A program made the translations under genes and the position numbers. Below, piece after piece: positions 1 to 13,129 of a stretch of 64,000 nucleotides of DNA; the first letter of the stretch is position 1, and each line of letters opens with the position of its first letter. The DNA lies in the NCBI GenBank assembly GCA_043228905.1, contig JBHGNT010000004.1, forward strand, positions 4,216,001-4,280,000, read 5' to 3'. This DNA is from Azolla caroliniana (Eukaryota > Plantae > Polypodiophyta). The notes below the pieces were generated by a model. It saw only the letters and a list, made by a program, of their open reading frames with translations, made no database searches and was not told the origin of the DNA.

Positions 1-1097
1 TTTTCAGTGATACAAGGCGTGTCACTTTTTTTAAAAGTTTTGTGGCAAGAAATTGGAAATGATTTTATGTTGGATTACGTTTCAGTAACATAAGTTTGCT
101 GACAGGCATCTTGTTTACTCAACTCGGGGAAATCAAGGCCCTTCTATTATCGCTATTTTTCTGTTGATCACTGCTATTGTTTTTTTCAAATCTGTAAGTT
201 TAATAATAGGAATATGGGCAAAATCATAATAAATTCTTCTCAGTGGTAGAGGTCTTCTTAAAATGAAGATGGAAGAATAGAATGTATGCTTCTATCTGAG
301 CAATCGTCAACAATATGCTCTGTAATAGAAATTAGTAATCCATTATTTTGTCTATGTTGAATTGGCATATGGTGATTTCATGACAACCTTCTTTGCCAAG
401 CTGAAGAAGAAATTTCTTGCAGTTGCATTGATATATACAAATTACATACTTCATTGGTTAGATTGATTTTATTTCCCGACTATATTGTTGTGGCATGTAT
501 TTTGATGATAGTTGATAGACCTTATTTCTCTTTAGAAAATTGATACTTTAAACTAACATGTTGATGTTGACACAGGCGATATTTATCGAGCTGATTCTTT
601 GTGCAAGAAATTTGCAATGAGTGTTAAAGTTGGGGGGGAGTGAGGAAATCTGTTTAGAGTTATCTCCTTTTTCTATGATATATCTCAAAAAAATTTCTTG
701 TGAGCGGAATGTAGGGAGTGTTTTCTTCCAACTGATTGATAAGATCAGATAAGGTTAGGGGAATTTGGGTTGTGCATATGAGAGTGACAAGGCCAAGCAT
801 ATGACATACTATGCTGTTCCTCTTCGTGTGCAAGTGAGTCGAAAGATCTCAAGGTGTATGATAGTTCCTCTCTGAGTTACGTCGCACCACAAAAAATTGC
901 AAGTAAGAGCATCTAAATAAATAGTGGAGATTGTTGTACTTCATTGTGTTGGTGCTCTTGAGATTTTATGATGGGTTAAAAATAGGCTTATTGAGGCATG
1001 TTTCTATAAATTTTTCTTTTTCTTTGATTACCTTTGTTTGTATGGATTTATAGCAAGCGTGAAAAACTTGAGCGCACCTTCCCTTTTCTTACTACAG

Positions 1098-1547
1098 GAT
1101 AGGAACTCATGGTGGACGAAGTGGCAGTTACAGTGGGGATGAAAGAAGCACTGGACGAAGACAAGGTAGTTTGTTCTCTTTAATTTTTAGAAAAACATGG
1201 TGGTTTTTGTTTCATTTTTCTTGAATCTCTTTAAATCTAATCTTGATTTTAATCTTGTTTTTTTAATGTTTACCTATAATTATATTCTTAATTTCTTTAC
1301 TCAAGGTCTCTCTCTCTCTCTCACAGATATGTATGTATAATATGATTTTCGAGTTGGTGAGTTAGTCACTTTTACTCTTCCTCTCTCTCTCATACACACC
1401 ACATTCGCATGTATGTATAATATTATTTTCAGAGTTGGTGATTTAGTTACTTTCTTGTTTGCATAAATAATCTTTCTTATGTAATGCGCCCAAATCTAAT
1501 TCTTTTAATATCTACTTGTACATGTATTCTTAATTGCTTTAATCAAG

Positions 1548-1583
<36 letters not shown>

Positions 1584-4500
1584 TGTGTAATATGATTTTA
1601 GAGTTGGTGGATTTAGTCATTTTCACTCTCACTCTTTCTCTCTCACATGCAGCACACACATGTATATATAATAATCTTTATCTTTTGTAATGCGCTATAA
1701 ACTTAAATTGGTTTATGAAGGCTACTTTTAAGGTGTTCATCAAACCTTTATTTGTGCCAGATTATATGGGGCAGATTCTTCCATTTATTAACGGACTGTT
1801 GCTTTTGTGCAGAATATGGAAGGGGAGGAAGTAGAGATGGGCTATTATCTAGTCGCAAGTAAGTGCTTTCTGGTTTTTGGGTAATAATTGAATTTTTTTT
1901 ATACTGTTATAAATTCCTCAAATTTTCTGATTTGTTATTGGTCTTATATGTACAGGGAAGGGTTGATGACATACAAGCAATTCATTTCTGAGTTGGAAGA
2001 TGATATCTCTCCCAGTGAAGCTGAACGCAGGCATTTGTTATTATTTAATATCTATGATTCAGAATCTGAACAGTTAGCTAGATTGTCTCTTATTAATAGT
2101 TGGTTCCAATAGGTACCTTGAATACAAAAATGCATTTATCTCTACTCAGAAGAAGGTGTTTTTCGAGCAGAACAAACAAGAAGACTGGTAATGCCTTAAT
2201 CATACTCATTATAGTCTAATTTTGAAACTTTGAATTTCACTTATGCTTTTGTGACCTTATTGTTTTAAATGTTTGACTATGTTTACATCATTTCATGCAC
2301 TATTAGTTGGAAAGCTAGTGTAAATGGTTTGAACTTGATTTCAGGTTACGTGACATGTATGATCCATCTCGGTTGGGAGCTGTCATTCAAAGGTATTTTG
2401 CATTCTCCTGTGTTTTGAATGTTGAAGTTAATTTTGTATGTTCTTGTTATGTATTTGGGTTACTTGACACATACAAGTGGATGCACAGGCGGAATGAGAC
2501 ATGTAGGCTTGCGGCAAGAGACTTTGTAACAGATTTGGAATCAGGCTCTCTTGATCTGTAAGTTTCAAGCATTGTATGTTTTGAGAATATCTTTAGATCT
2601 TCAATTTACCAATAATCAAGGCAATGGATGTTAATTACTACCCTTTTTCACAGAGTGCTATATTGGGCTGTATTAATTAAGTATGCAAATATTGGCTTTT
2701 ATTTCAGTGACTTCATCTCAATCATCTAGTATGAATTTAGATCTACAATTAACTAGTAACCTGGAAAAGTGACATAGAGTTGCGTTATGTTTTAGAGAGA
2801 TGTACCCAACAATATAAACTAAGCATGGGAGTAGTACTCTAGTGAAGACGTTAGGAAGAAGCTGCAATGCGATTGGCATGACTGGCCTTGACACATTCAA
2901 AGTTATTCTACATCTTTAGAAGAAGTGTTCCATCAGTCAATGACCCAACAGAATTGTTCCACACATTTTGATAGACATGCATTACTGAACTTCTTTCCAG
3001 ACAATTTCTTGTTAGAATCTGAGTTCATGTGAACTTTCACCTACCCTCTGGCTCCTAATGACTTGAGGTGGAATGGCAGTTCTTTTGTCCAGCATCTGTA
3101 GAATCAGATTCTCAGAGACAAAGATTGCACTTTTGTTTCCATGCTTGCCATTCTTTTATATTCTGTTTTATTTTCTTTCAAAGTTCCCAATCTTTGTGGG
3201 CCACAGTCATTTGGACAACTGTTTTGTGATATTTTCCGTTAGATCTACTCCTGCACACAGTCAAATTTCTGTTTAAAGTATTCAGCTGTGATCTTTCCTT
3301 CAGCTCAGGTACCCGACTTCAACAGCTTTCCAGAGGACCTATTTTTAACAAATTACTCTTAATAAATCGTTTTTATTAGAGGGCATTAATAACAATGGCC
3401 ATACATCTAATCATCTTTACTAAAGAGTGACTCATTTTGATCCCTCCAGGAGCCCTATATTTTCTCTTCAGGATCAGAAAGACCAAGACAACTCGGATGA
3501 AGATCATGATGGCAGGCCAAGAAAGAACGGGTATGGTGCCACCAAAGACCAACATTCTGGTCAAGCCCCAAAAGCACCATCTGTTTCCTGTGAACCAAGG
3601 AGGATAGATAAGGATATTGAACAGGCTCGTGCGCTTATCAGAAAATTGGACACTGAAAAAGGCATTGAACAGAATATACTTGTGTCCTCTGATGCAGAGA
3701 AATCTGAAAGTGAAAAGCCAATGAATGCAATTGTGATTGTCAGGGTTGCCAATCATGTTAAGGGCTATGAAGGTATAGAGCTTCTGGATGTGGTTTTGAC
3801 ATATCTATGGCGTGTCCATTATGTGGATTATTATGGTTCAAGAGAATATAAGGCACAGCCAAAAGGTATGCGGCATGTGAGGGCAGAAAGCAAAGCTAAT
3901 GAAGATATCTTGCTTTCCACGGAATGGGAAAAGAGGCTTGATGCAATTTGGCAAGGAAGATTGCAGGGGAATGATCCTCTTGCGATCATGATTGCTGAAG
4001 AAAAGATGGAACCTGCAATAGCTCGTGCTATAGAACCTTTGATCAGGAAAATAAAAGATGAAAAATATGGATGGAAATATGGTTGTGGGGCAAAGAATTG
4101 CTCGAAACTTTTTCACGGTCCTGAATTTGTGCAAAAGCACTTGAAGTTGAAGCATCCAGAACTAGTTACAGAATCAACTTCAAAAATTTATGAAGATCTC
4201 TATTTTGAGAATTACATGAGGTATTTATACTGAAATTGCTTACGTGTATAGTTCCATGTGTTCTTGCTCATAAAATTCTCTGAATAACAGTGATCCAGAG
4301 GCTCCTGGTTCCACTCCTGCTATGGCATCCCAGGTGTGTGTATATATGCATATAGAGCGATGGAGGACATTGCTTTATTTATTATCATGGTTATCAGTTT
4401 CTGTATTGAATAAACTAAAAATTTGTCCCAGAAGGAGGTGTCTCGGAAGCCTAGCTCTGGTCGTGACATGGATAGGGGAGGCAGGGGTAGCAGAGAGAGT

Positions 4501-5752
4501 ATTGATAGAAACAATGAGCAGTCACCTTCACACGATTATCCATCAGGTGGCCCCTTGGACAGTGCAGGACAGTTTGATGGAGATAAAGACAGATTTGAAA
4601 GGCTTGGAGGTGGCATGAGAGGACCTATGGGCATACCTCCTGTATTGATGCCTGTTCCAGGTGCCGGGTGAGATGCAATCCATATATATAGGGAGCATTT
4701 CTGGCTTATACAATTGTTGGGTTCATGAATATATACCAAATATTGATGTCTATATTGCCAAATGTTGACACATCATGACTCAGAAGTCTGTAATAAAGAT
4801 CAACATAATGGTGATCAACATGATCAATTAACTCTATTACTCAATTAAGATATCTTTGCAAGTTTGGGCATTAAAGTAAACACAACATAGGGTAGAATGG
4901 AACATTATTATATATAGGTAATACATGCTTGTGACAAACAGGTCTATGTTGGCTATAGAAGTGGTGGGTAACTGATTGAGTAGTGCTAGTATATATGAAA
5001 CCTTGAATTTACAAGTATGAGGTTAGTTGGTTGTTATTTACTTGCTAGTTTGTAGCTATAAATAATAAAATTTACCAAGAAGCTGTTACAGAGAAATTAG
5101 AGAAGCATATTGAAGAAAAAGTAGAAATAACTTATTTTTGGGTATAATTTGCTATTATATTATGAAACAAGCTGAAAGTTGGTGGCAGATTTTGTGGTCT
5201 GAATTTAGTGGAAGTAGTTATGGAAGGCAAAACTTGCTTTGGCTAGTTATATAAAAGAACTTTTGGGGTGATTCATAGGTACACTAAACGTGTTATGGAA
5301 GGAGAGTTTGTTGTGTACTATGTTTTGCTTTCTTTTGACAAAACAACTTGATGGCAGACCCCTTGGGCCATTTGTGCCTGCCCCCCCTGAGGTTGCAATG
5401 CGTTTATGGAGGGAGCAAGGTGGTGGAGGTCCATTTCCAGCTGGAGGATATGATGATTCTTTTGAAGCTGAAGGAGGTAATTCTCGTGCAAATAGGAATC
5501 GATCTGGACCTATGACGGGAGTTGGTCTAATAGACACGCCACCAATGATATTACCTTTGCCTAATGCTCACCATGATCCTCGTCGAATTATGCGGAGGTA
5601 AATTTTTTAATTTTTTTTTCATGTTTCATTTATGCTGAAAAGAAATTTTGCTTTGATACACCAATGCACCTTTTCTGTCTTTGTTGTGTAGTTACCGTGA
5701 TCTTGATGCCCCCGAAGATGAGATCGGTGTGATTGACTACAGGACCTTATAA
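1098..5752 (+). CDS. SE: SERRATE RNA effector / ARS2 homolog, 5'-partial. Exons: 1098-1165, 1813-1858, 1956-2030, 2113-2187, 2345-2392, 2489-2557, 3450-4220, 4291-4333, 4432-4667, 5358-5597, 5692-5752
   Basis: The spliced translation gives LMTYKQFISELEDDISPSEAERRYLEYK, the C2H2 finger CGAKNCSKLFHGPEFVQKHLKLKH, LMPVPGAGPLGPFVPAPPEVAM and C-terminal SYRDLDAPEDEIGVIDYRTL*, all hallmark SERRATE segments. Exon phases are consistent. The start codon lies upstream of the window. Confidence 0.95.
1305..1700 (+). repeat. Degenerate intronic tandem duplication of a (CT)n(CA)n-ATAATATGATTTT-GAGTTGGTG module
   Basis: GAGTTGGTG..TTAGT recurs at ~1351, ~1432 and ~1601, each copy preceded by a CT/CA microsatellite. 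Confidence 0.6.
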
Positions 5753-7884
5753 ATACAGACTGGATAGATGCTAAATGTGATAATATGCCTAAAACTGAAT
5801 AATTTTATATAGATTGAGAACAGATTGGGGAATTATTTTCTTGAGATACTGGACAGTAAAATATTGAAGTCTATTTTAGTTGGTGTAACAAGTTTTGGCT
5901 CCATCCTGAAATATTCTCGGAGCTTTAATCTTCAACCTAGTATAGGTGAACATTTGCGTTTCAAGAGGATAAGCTAATTTACCCTTCTATAAGCTGTCAC
6001 TATAAGAGGGCTTCAATTTATCCTCCGATTTTGTTCTGTATATTCTTTTGTGAGTTCAGAGAAATTGGGTCAACGGTGAAATGATGCAATATAGTTAGAA
6101 ATATTATCAGAACTTGGCCAAAGTTTATTTTTAGATTGAACAAACGTGTAGGTTTTCTTTCCGTAGTTGCTTAAAGTAATGAATTGAAAGGTAAAATACC
6201 CATTAATAAAGGGTACAAACTAGTTTTATTATTGATTGTGCTTGTGTGAATATCAGAGATTGTTCTCCTTTTTATACAGTATGGAACATGTAGGGCAACG
6301 TTCATTATTTGTTCCTCACACTTCCTTGACCTCAAACTGAAAGCATTTGCTTGGATGAATATGCCATCGTCATTATGTTTGGGAATTCCTAATAAATCAT
6401 TGCTGTGGTCTTTCATCCTTTCCAAGTCCTTCAAGACTTTGGTGTGAGACACTTGGATGCATACTTGGTGCATGTTTAGTTGGCATGAGACACTCAATGG
6501 TGCAATGTTGGCATGAGACATGAGTTAATGAGGTGTTATCATTGTACTTGCATTACCTTTCCTAACAAATTCTTATTAAAAAAACCCTATCTTGAATGGT
6601 ATTGTACTTGAATTCCCTTTGTTTGAAAAGGTTAACAAAACCCTACCTTTGAATGGTGTTTTAATCAAATCACAAGATAAATACTACTTTTGCATGACAC
6701 TAGATGCTTGTTGGCAGCACTTTTGGCTTGATGGATATGAGTTGAGGTTTTGATGCTGTACTTGTATTCCCTTTGCTAACAAAGTTCCCATTTAAAAAAA
6801 CTATCTGAATAGTGTATTGACCAATTTATAGAATATATGTAGCTTTTGCCCAGCAGATGATAAATAGTAAGTGCATCAACATTATTGCATGTATATAGAT
6901 ATTGTTCCATGCATTGTAAGTGAAATAGGCAATTAGGAGACAGAGAAAAAAATGATCTTACAAAAATAATCTTACACAGAGAGAAATAGTAAATGTTAAG
7001 CAAAGAACTAATGTTATTAAGAAATGTGGAACTTTGCACAATGGATACCTCTTGTTCAATTTTATTTACCTTGAAGAATTGTTTTTAGGTTATTGATACA
7101 TATCTCTACATATACTACATTTTTGTTTAGTATCATTTGTTTGTGTGAAAAAATCATTTCATTAAAAGAAGTTGCAATAGAGGGACAACTTATCACAAGT
7201 AATAAATATGTCATGTGAATTGAGCCCAATCTTTGAATACATGGTTGATGTTGAAGTGGTCACATCGTAACAATAAGACCCTATCTCGATTTTATCCTTG
7301 CAATGATAGTCATTTCTCTCATCCTTGCAAATGCTACTCATTGCTCAATAATCACAAGATAAACTTGAGAGTTTAGGTTATAACCTTCATCTATCGATTC
7401 CCTTAGTAAAAGAAAATTACCCCAAAAGAAACTTGGTAATTTACCATTGCCTAACTTGGGATTTCTGCATCTCTTTCATTGTGATATTTCATGCGAGTAC
7501 TTAGTTTTTGGAATTATTCATAATTAGTTATGCTATTTTGATTCAACCCATTGTTGCATTGTACTAGAGATGTTCATCTCGATACTAGTTACGTATAAGC
7601 ATTAGATCAAATTTTTTTATTATTTGAGTTTGATACTAATATGTGGAAAGCTATATTCAAGAAGTGGCCTTGACAATATGTTATTTGTAGTGTTTTAGAT
7701 CGTCTCACTCCTCTCTCTCAAGTAGATCGTTTGACATGGGCGACATGGGCCTGGACCCATTCCATTGGACTCAAGAGATTTAATAATCTCTCTGATTGAC
7801 ATTTGGAATGGGCCATAATGACTAATCTCAACTTTGATCTTTATTTAGTGTTTGATAAATTTCAGTCTCATATGCCTCATTAGC

Positions 7885-10800
7885 TTTTTTTTTTTTGCAA
7901 AAAAAACTCCTTCCATTAGTTATAAAATTTTACAAATGAGACGATTATGTACAAATCCCTGAAGGGACGCGATAGTTCCATCTTATGTGGGTGCCCACGG
8001 GCTCAAGAAAGGGAGAGGACGCCCATTGTTGGATGAAGGCTATTCGTTGTCTTTCAACTCCCTCAGAGCCGCCCTTAAGGCCATCATATTGGCTCTTCAG
8101 AGTGGCTACAATTTCACTCAATATCTCTTGCAGTAACCTTGTTGGATTTGCGGTTTGGTTGGAGAAGACTCGCCTACATCGTTGTTTCCATAGAATCCAA
8201 AGGGTTATTGGGTTGACCAATTCCAACACCTCTTGAGATTTGTCATTAAGAGGAATGGAATGGACATTGCCGCTGGAGGAGAAAAGGACCTCTTGTGCTT
8301 TTATCACCAAAGTCATCCCCTCCTCCTGATGCTCGTATCTGCCAATTGCAGCTTGCCATGATAGCCAACATATATTTCCCCACTTGATTGAGCCTTGCAC
8401 TTGGCATAATTGCAACAAGTGGCCAACCCCCCGCCATATTCGATGGGCCGTTGGGCAGTCCCACAGAGCGTGTCGTATGGATTCTACTGCATGTGGGCAC
8501 TCTACACAATTAGGAGAGCTAAGGTTCCCACGTTGCCATGCTCCCACTGGTAGGGAATTATGTATTAATAGCCATTGGAACGTGGTAATTCACCTCGCCA
8601 AAACTTGGTGATTATTGTGGAAGGAACTTGAAATGTGTGCTAGACCTTCGCAGTAGCCGGTTCTCGGGCGGCTTGAGCAGCTAGAATGTGGCGACCCAAT
8701 CTAGTTGTGAATTGGAAGAAAAGGATGGGTTTGCTTCCTTGCCCCGCGTAGGGATCACGCCATGTCCATTGCAAAGGGTCCCAACTGACCTTACGTAGCC
8801 ATGTGTTCTCATGAGTACATATATGCTAATCGGGTTGTACTTTGATCGGATTAGGATCTACAATCCATTTATGACCAATATGTGCGAGTACTCGAATTGC
8901 GTTATTATGTGTTGGTGTCTCAGTGTCTCGCAATTTAGAGCCTTCGAGTCTGTCTGGTGGTCCCCTACCTCTCGGGATCAAAGATCCCTTCTCCTCGTGG
9001 CCTATCCATTTCTCCATTGTCGTCCTTTGAGTAGCAGATTCCCTAATCAGTAGAGTGTTAATGATTTCCGATCTCATAGTCCATCCGCCTCTGATTCCAT
9101 GGAGTATGTTCGCCTGATCTTGTAGTGGCATTGACATAAACCGTCGCCAACATTCTATACTTTTTCTTGAACCTTCTGCAATGTATCCCCATGACAACCC
9201 CTTACGCAATCCCAGTAGTTGATTAGATTCATCATTGAGACATGGGTTCCATAGGATACGTTGACTGAGCCAAGCAGGTTCAGATCTCGGTTGATCACAC
9301 TTGAGCCCTCGACGAATGTCACACCACGCCTTCCACATGGATGCACTGAATCTATCCTCCAATTGGCGGGAGAAACTAGGTTTGAGATCCATGTTTAGAA
9401 TCCATCCCATTTGGGGGGCCCAATTGACCCTTTTTTGTGGCCTAAAGTAAGCGAAACGTAACCTTAGTAGCATTTTCCAACAATCATTTCCTGGTTGGAG
9501 TCCTCGCACCACAAATTTGGCAAGTAAGGCTTTTGATTGGGAAAGGGGATCAATAAGACCCAATCCCCCTCTCGACTTAGGCGCAGTGAGTATAGGCCAC
9601 ACCACCTTGGCGTGAGCTACATGGTCTTCCTTACCAGACCAAATGTAGTTGCAGACTAGTCGTTGAATCTGATGTATACTTTCCTTGGAGATTGTCTAGC
9701 ATGATAGACTGTACCATGCTGTTGTGAGTAGTACCTGATTTGCCACTATGATGCGACCCGCTAGCGACAATTTTTTCGAGCTCCAATGTATCAACTTTTG
9801 TTGAAGGGAATGGATAATGGGTGCAATCATAATCTGTGGCGGTATGTTGAAACCAATTTGGAAACCCAAATATTTGGTGCTTGCTCCTTGATTGATCCAT
9901 TTGAAAGCGGGGTGTGGGTGCCACACCGGATGTGTTTCCTAAGAGAGCCATATTGCGCAGGATTTGTGCCAATTGATCATGGCGTTGGATCTCTTGCAAA
10001 ATGCAGCTAGCCCACTTTCTAGCTTTTGGAGGTTTTCCAAGTCCCCTTGCAGGTAGACTACTGTGTCATCTACAAATTCTATATCCAGGATGCTTTGGTG
10101 AGAATGAGGTACGGGAAGACCATGTAGGTTTAGATGCTGTGAGTTGAGAAAGCAAGAGAGAGCTTCGGCGTATAATAGAAATAAGGATGGAGCTAGTGGG
10201 TATCCTTGTCGTACAAATCGGGATATTCGGAAAAAGGAGCCCATTTCACCTGCCAGCGAAACGCAACTGTTGCCATTCCTATAAAATCTTGCAATGCCTT
10301 TGATTCATGTCTCTTGAAAGCCGAGTTTCCTCATCACACTTTCTAGAAAGTTCCAGCATACCCTGTCATATGCTTTCTCAAAATCTAGTAGCACCACCGC
10401 GACCTTGTTGTTGGTACGCTTGGCAAGGGCTACTGCTTCCCAGAATGAGAAGAGATTGTCTAGGATGCTCCGATTTCTAACGAAACTTGTCTGGGACGGA
10501 TGAATGAGTTGAGGGAGAAGTGGAGTTAAATGGCGTGCCACGATTTTTGTGAGCAACTTATAGACAATATTGAGAAGAGTAATGGGCTGCCACTTGCTAA
10601 TGTCGTTGGCATTCCCATCACTTTTAGGAATGAGATGTATCATCCCCTATCCAAATTCCTCCGGCATGCTTCCAGAGGTGATGATCTCCTCATATGCCTA
10701 GAGGAGGTCTTCTTTAATAGTGCCCCAAAGGCATGTGAAAAAGTGCAGGGTGAGACCGTCGATTCTGGGGCAGCTATCGACATCTAAATAAGTGAGGGCC

Positions 10801-13129
10801 TCCCATATCTCGATGATTGATAGGGGACACACGAGCCAAGTATTCATTTCCGGCGTGACTTTCTCGGGTATGCTTTGGAGGATAATATCTTCTCTTATTT
10901 CTTCCCCTGTAGCTATAATGTCTTCGGTAAGTAGGCGGCTATAATACATTGTGGCAATATTCCTCATTTTGTCGCCATCCTCAGTGGTCGTTCCATCCTC
11001 TCGGTTGAGGCTGCGCATCACAGTTCTAGCGTGCCTCGGGCCTTTGGTGCGGAACAATTCCTTTGTGGTTTTGTCCCCTACTCGAATCCATCGCGTCATG
11101 CTTCCATGAAACTCCATGTCATATATTTCCTTTTCCGCCATGCTAAGTTCCTCTTTGGCCGTGGCGACTTGTCCTACGATCCAAATACAGGACGAGTATC
11201 TCTGTTGGAGTCGTTGTAAGGCTATTAGTCCCCGTTTTGTCCTTTGTCGCTTCTCCTGAGCATCCTTGCTTCTGGTCTTAACAATCTCATGTAGGAGAGT
11301 AGAAGCTCTTGTTAATTTAGCTAAAAGTTTGTCCGATGCTGATGAGCCATTGACGGGTAATGACCATTGGTTGGATAGTTGGTCCTTCACATCTATAAGT
11401 GTGTTACAGTAAATAGTGTGTGGGATGCGAGTCTGGAATGGGCCCCATTTTCGGTGCAATTGAAAATGACTAGCTACCGTGTAATGGTCAGAGAAAGTCG
11501 TGCCTGGGGTTATGCGACACCACCCTCCCTTCGCTTTTAGAGCCTCCCCCACAAAAATACGGTCAATGCGAGATAGGGTGGGTCCACTATTCCGCCCGTC
11601 TGATCGGGAGAATAGGAGAGAATCCCTTTTCCATTGGAAGTTGGCAAAATGCCAAATGTCTCACAGGTTAAGGAGGACACATAGCTTCTCCCATTGTTTA
11701 CGTTCCCTTCCTTGTAGAACTATGGGTTGTTGTTGTTGGAGCTATCGTGAATGGATTCGATCATATTAAAATCCCCTCCAATTCACCACTCTTTCACACC
11801 CACTACTTGTAGGTGGATGCGGTCCCAGAATGTTGCTCTTTCTATTTTGCTATTTGGATCATAAACATTCATGAAGTTCCACCATTGCCCTTGGATGGCC
11901 AATGTGCAAAAATGTGCCCTACCAAGTATAAGTGATTCTTGGTGTATTAAGCCTTGGGCTAGATGTTCCCGAATCAAAGTGCAAATACCACCTTGATTTC
12001 CATCCTCCCCAATTGCTGGCTCCCAAATCGTTCGCCATGATCCTGGTAGAAGGTCTCCGACTTCCTTTAACTGTGTGCTATCGAGGTGGTGTTCCTGCAA
12101 CATGATGATGTCAGCATCACCCCATAGTAAATATTCTTCAAGATTCCTTCTCAGTTTCCATCTATTTTGTTGGTCTAGTCTACTTTTGAGTCCTTGCACG
12201 TTCCATGTTATAATCTTCATACTCATGGAATGGGGTGGGAGATTGCCAGTTGTTCCTGGTGCTTTGTACAATAGGTCGTGAGTGGGGAGCACTCACCATT
12301 TAGACATCCAGTCATTTCCAGGGATGGAATAGTGGTCCACATCCATGAGTGGAATTTGTGGGCTATCCTGTGAGCTTCAATCGCCCCTTCATGCTTCTCA
12401 TAGAAATAGACAAAGCTTGGAGTTAGTTGGGTGTCTATGATAGTCCGCAGGTGGATGTGGCAAAGATGAGGGTCCTCTTCATCCATGGTGAACCAGAATT
12501 CAGTGTTATGCCAATGTTGCTTTAATTCGTTCATGAACTCTTAATCTCTTATTTGTGCTACAAAGCATGTTGCTTGGCTACATAACATATCTTTAATATT
12601 GGACTTCGACCAATCTTCCTGAGTCGAAAGCAAGAGTGGAAAGGAAATTGAGGTAGTCGGAACTCCGTTATTGTGTACCGCTGATACATGTACCCTTATT
12701 TTTTCCACTGTCTTCAGCCCTATACCTAGCCATTTCAAGGCGTTTTGTGGGTGTGGTTCAAGGTCTTGGCTAGAGGAAGCACACTCATTTGTGTCCGGGA
12801 CGACTATGATTTGAGGCGTGACATTTACACTTCTGCCTTGGTTTGTTGCTTCTGTGGTGGGTGCCGTTCCACTCAAGCTCCTTATTAAGGTCTTTACATG
12901 ACTTATTCGTTTGCGCTTCCCTGTTTTGTAAGCTTTAACGAGAACTTTCTCTTGTGTGCTTGGTGTCACCTTAGGCCGTTCCTTGGGGCTTAAGAAAGAA
13001 CTAGGGGAATGCTCGTCTGTGGGGGGGAGCTCTTGTAGTAGATCAAATCGATTGGGGCTCATAGGCGATGGAGGATTTTGTGTCGATGATGTTTTTCAAA
13101 GGACATGGGTTTTTTCCACTACCCCCCAT
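7885..13129 (-). mobile_element. L1-clade LINE retrotransposon, 5'-truncated and degenerate (ORF1 remnant, APE endonuclease, RT, zf-RVT)
   Basis: Endonuclease motifs MKIITWNVQGL and LQEHH (11783-12292). RT motifs LLDFEKAYD, RQGYPLAPSLF and EFVDD (9939-10643). C-terminal CVECPHAVESIRHALWDC (7945-8547). Poly(A) tail seen as a T-run at 7885-7896. TSD TATGCCTCATTAGC at 7871-7884 and 13130-13143. Multiple stops and frameshifts. Confidence 0.93.

Noticed and set aside
2558-3449. Apparent missing SERRATE micro-exon (phase clash with the acceptor at 3471)
   Set aside because: The acceptor at 3449 restores the frame and gives the conserved DLSP sequence.
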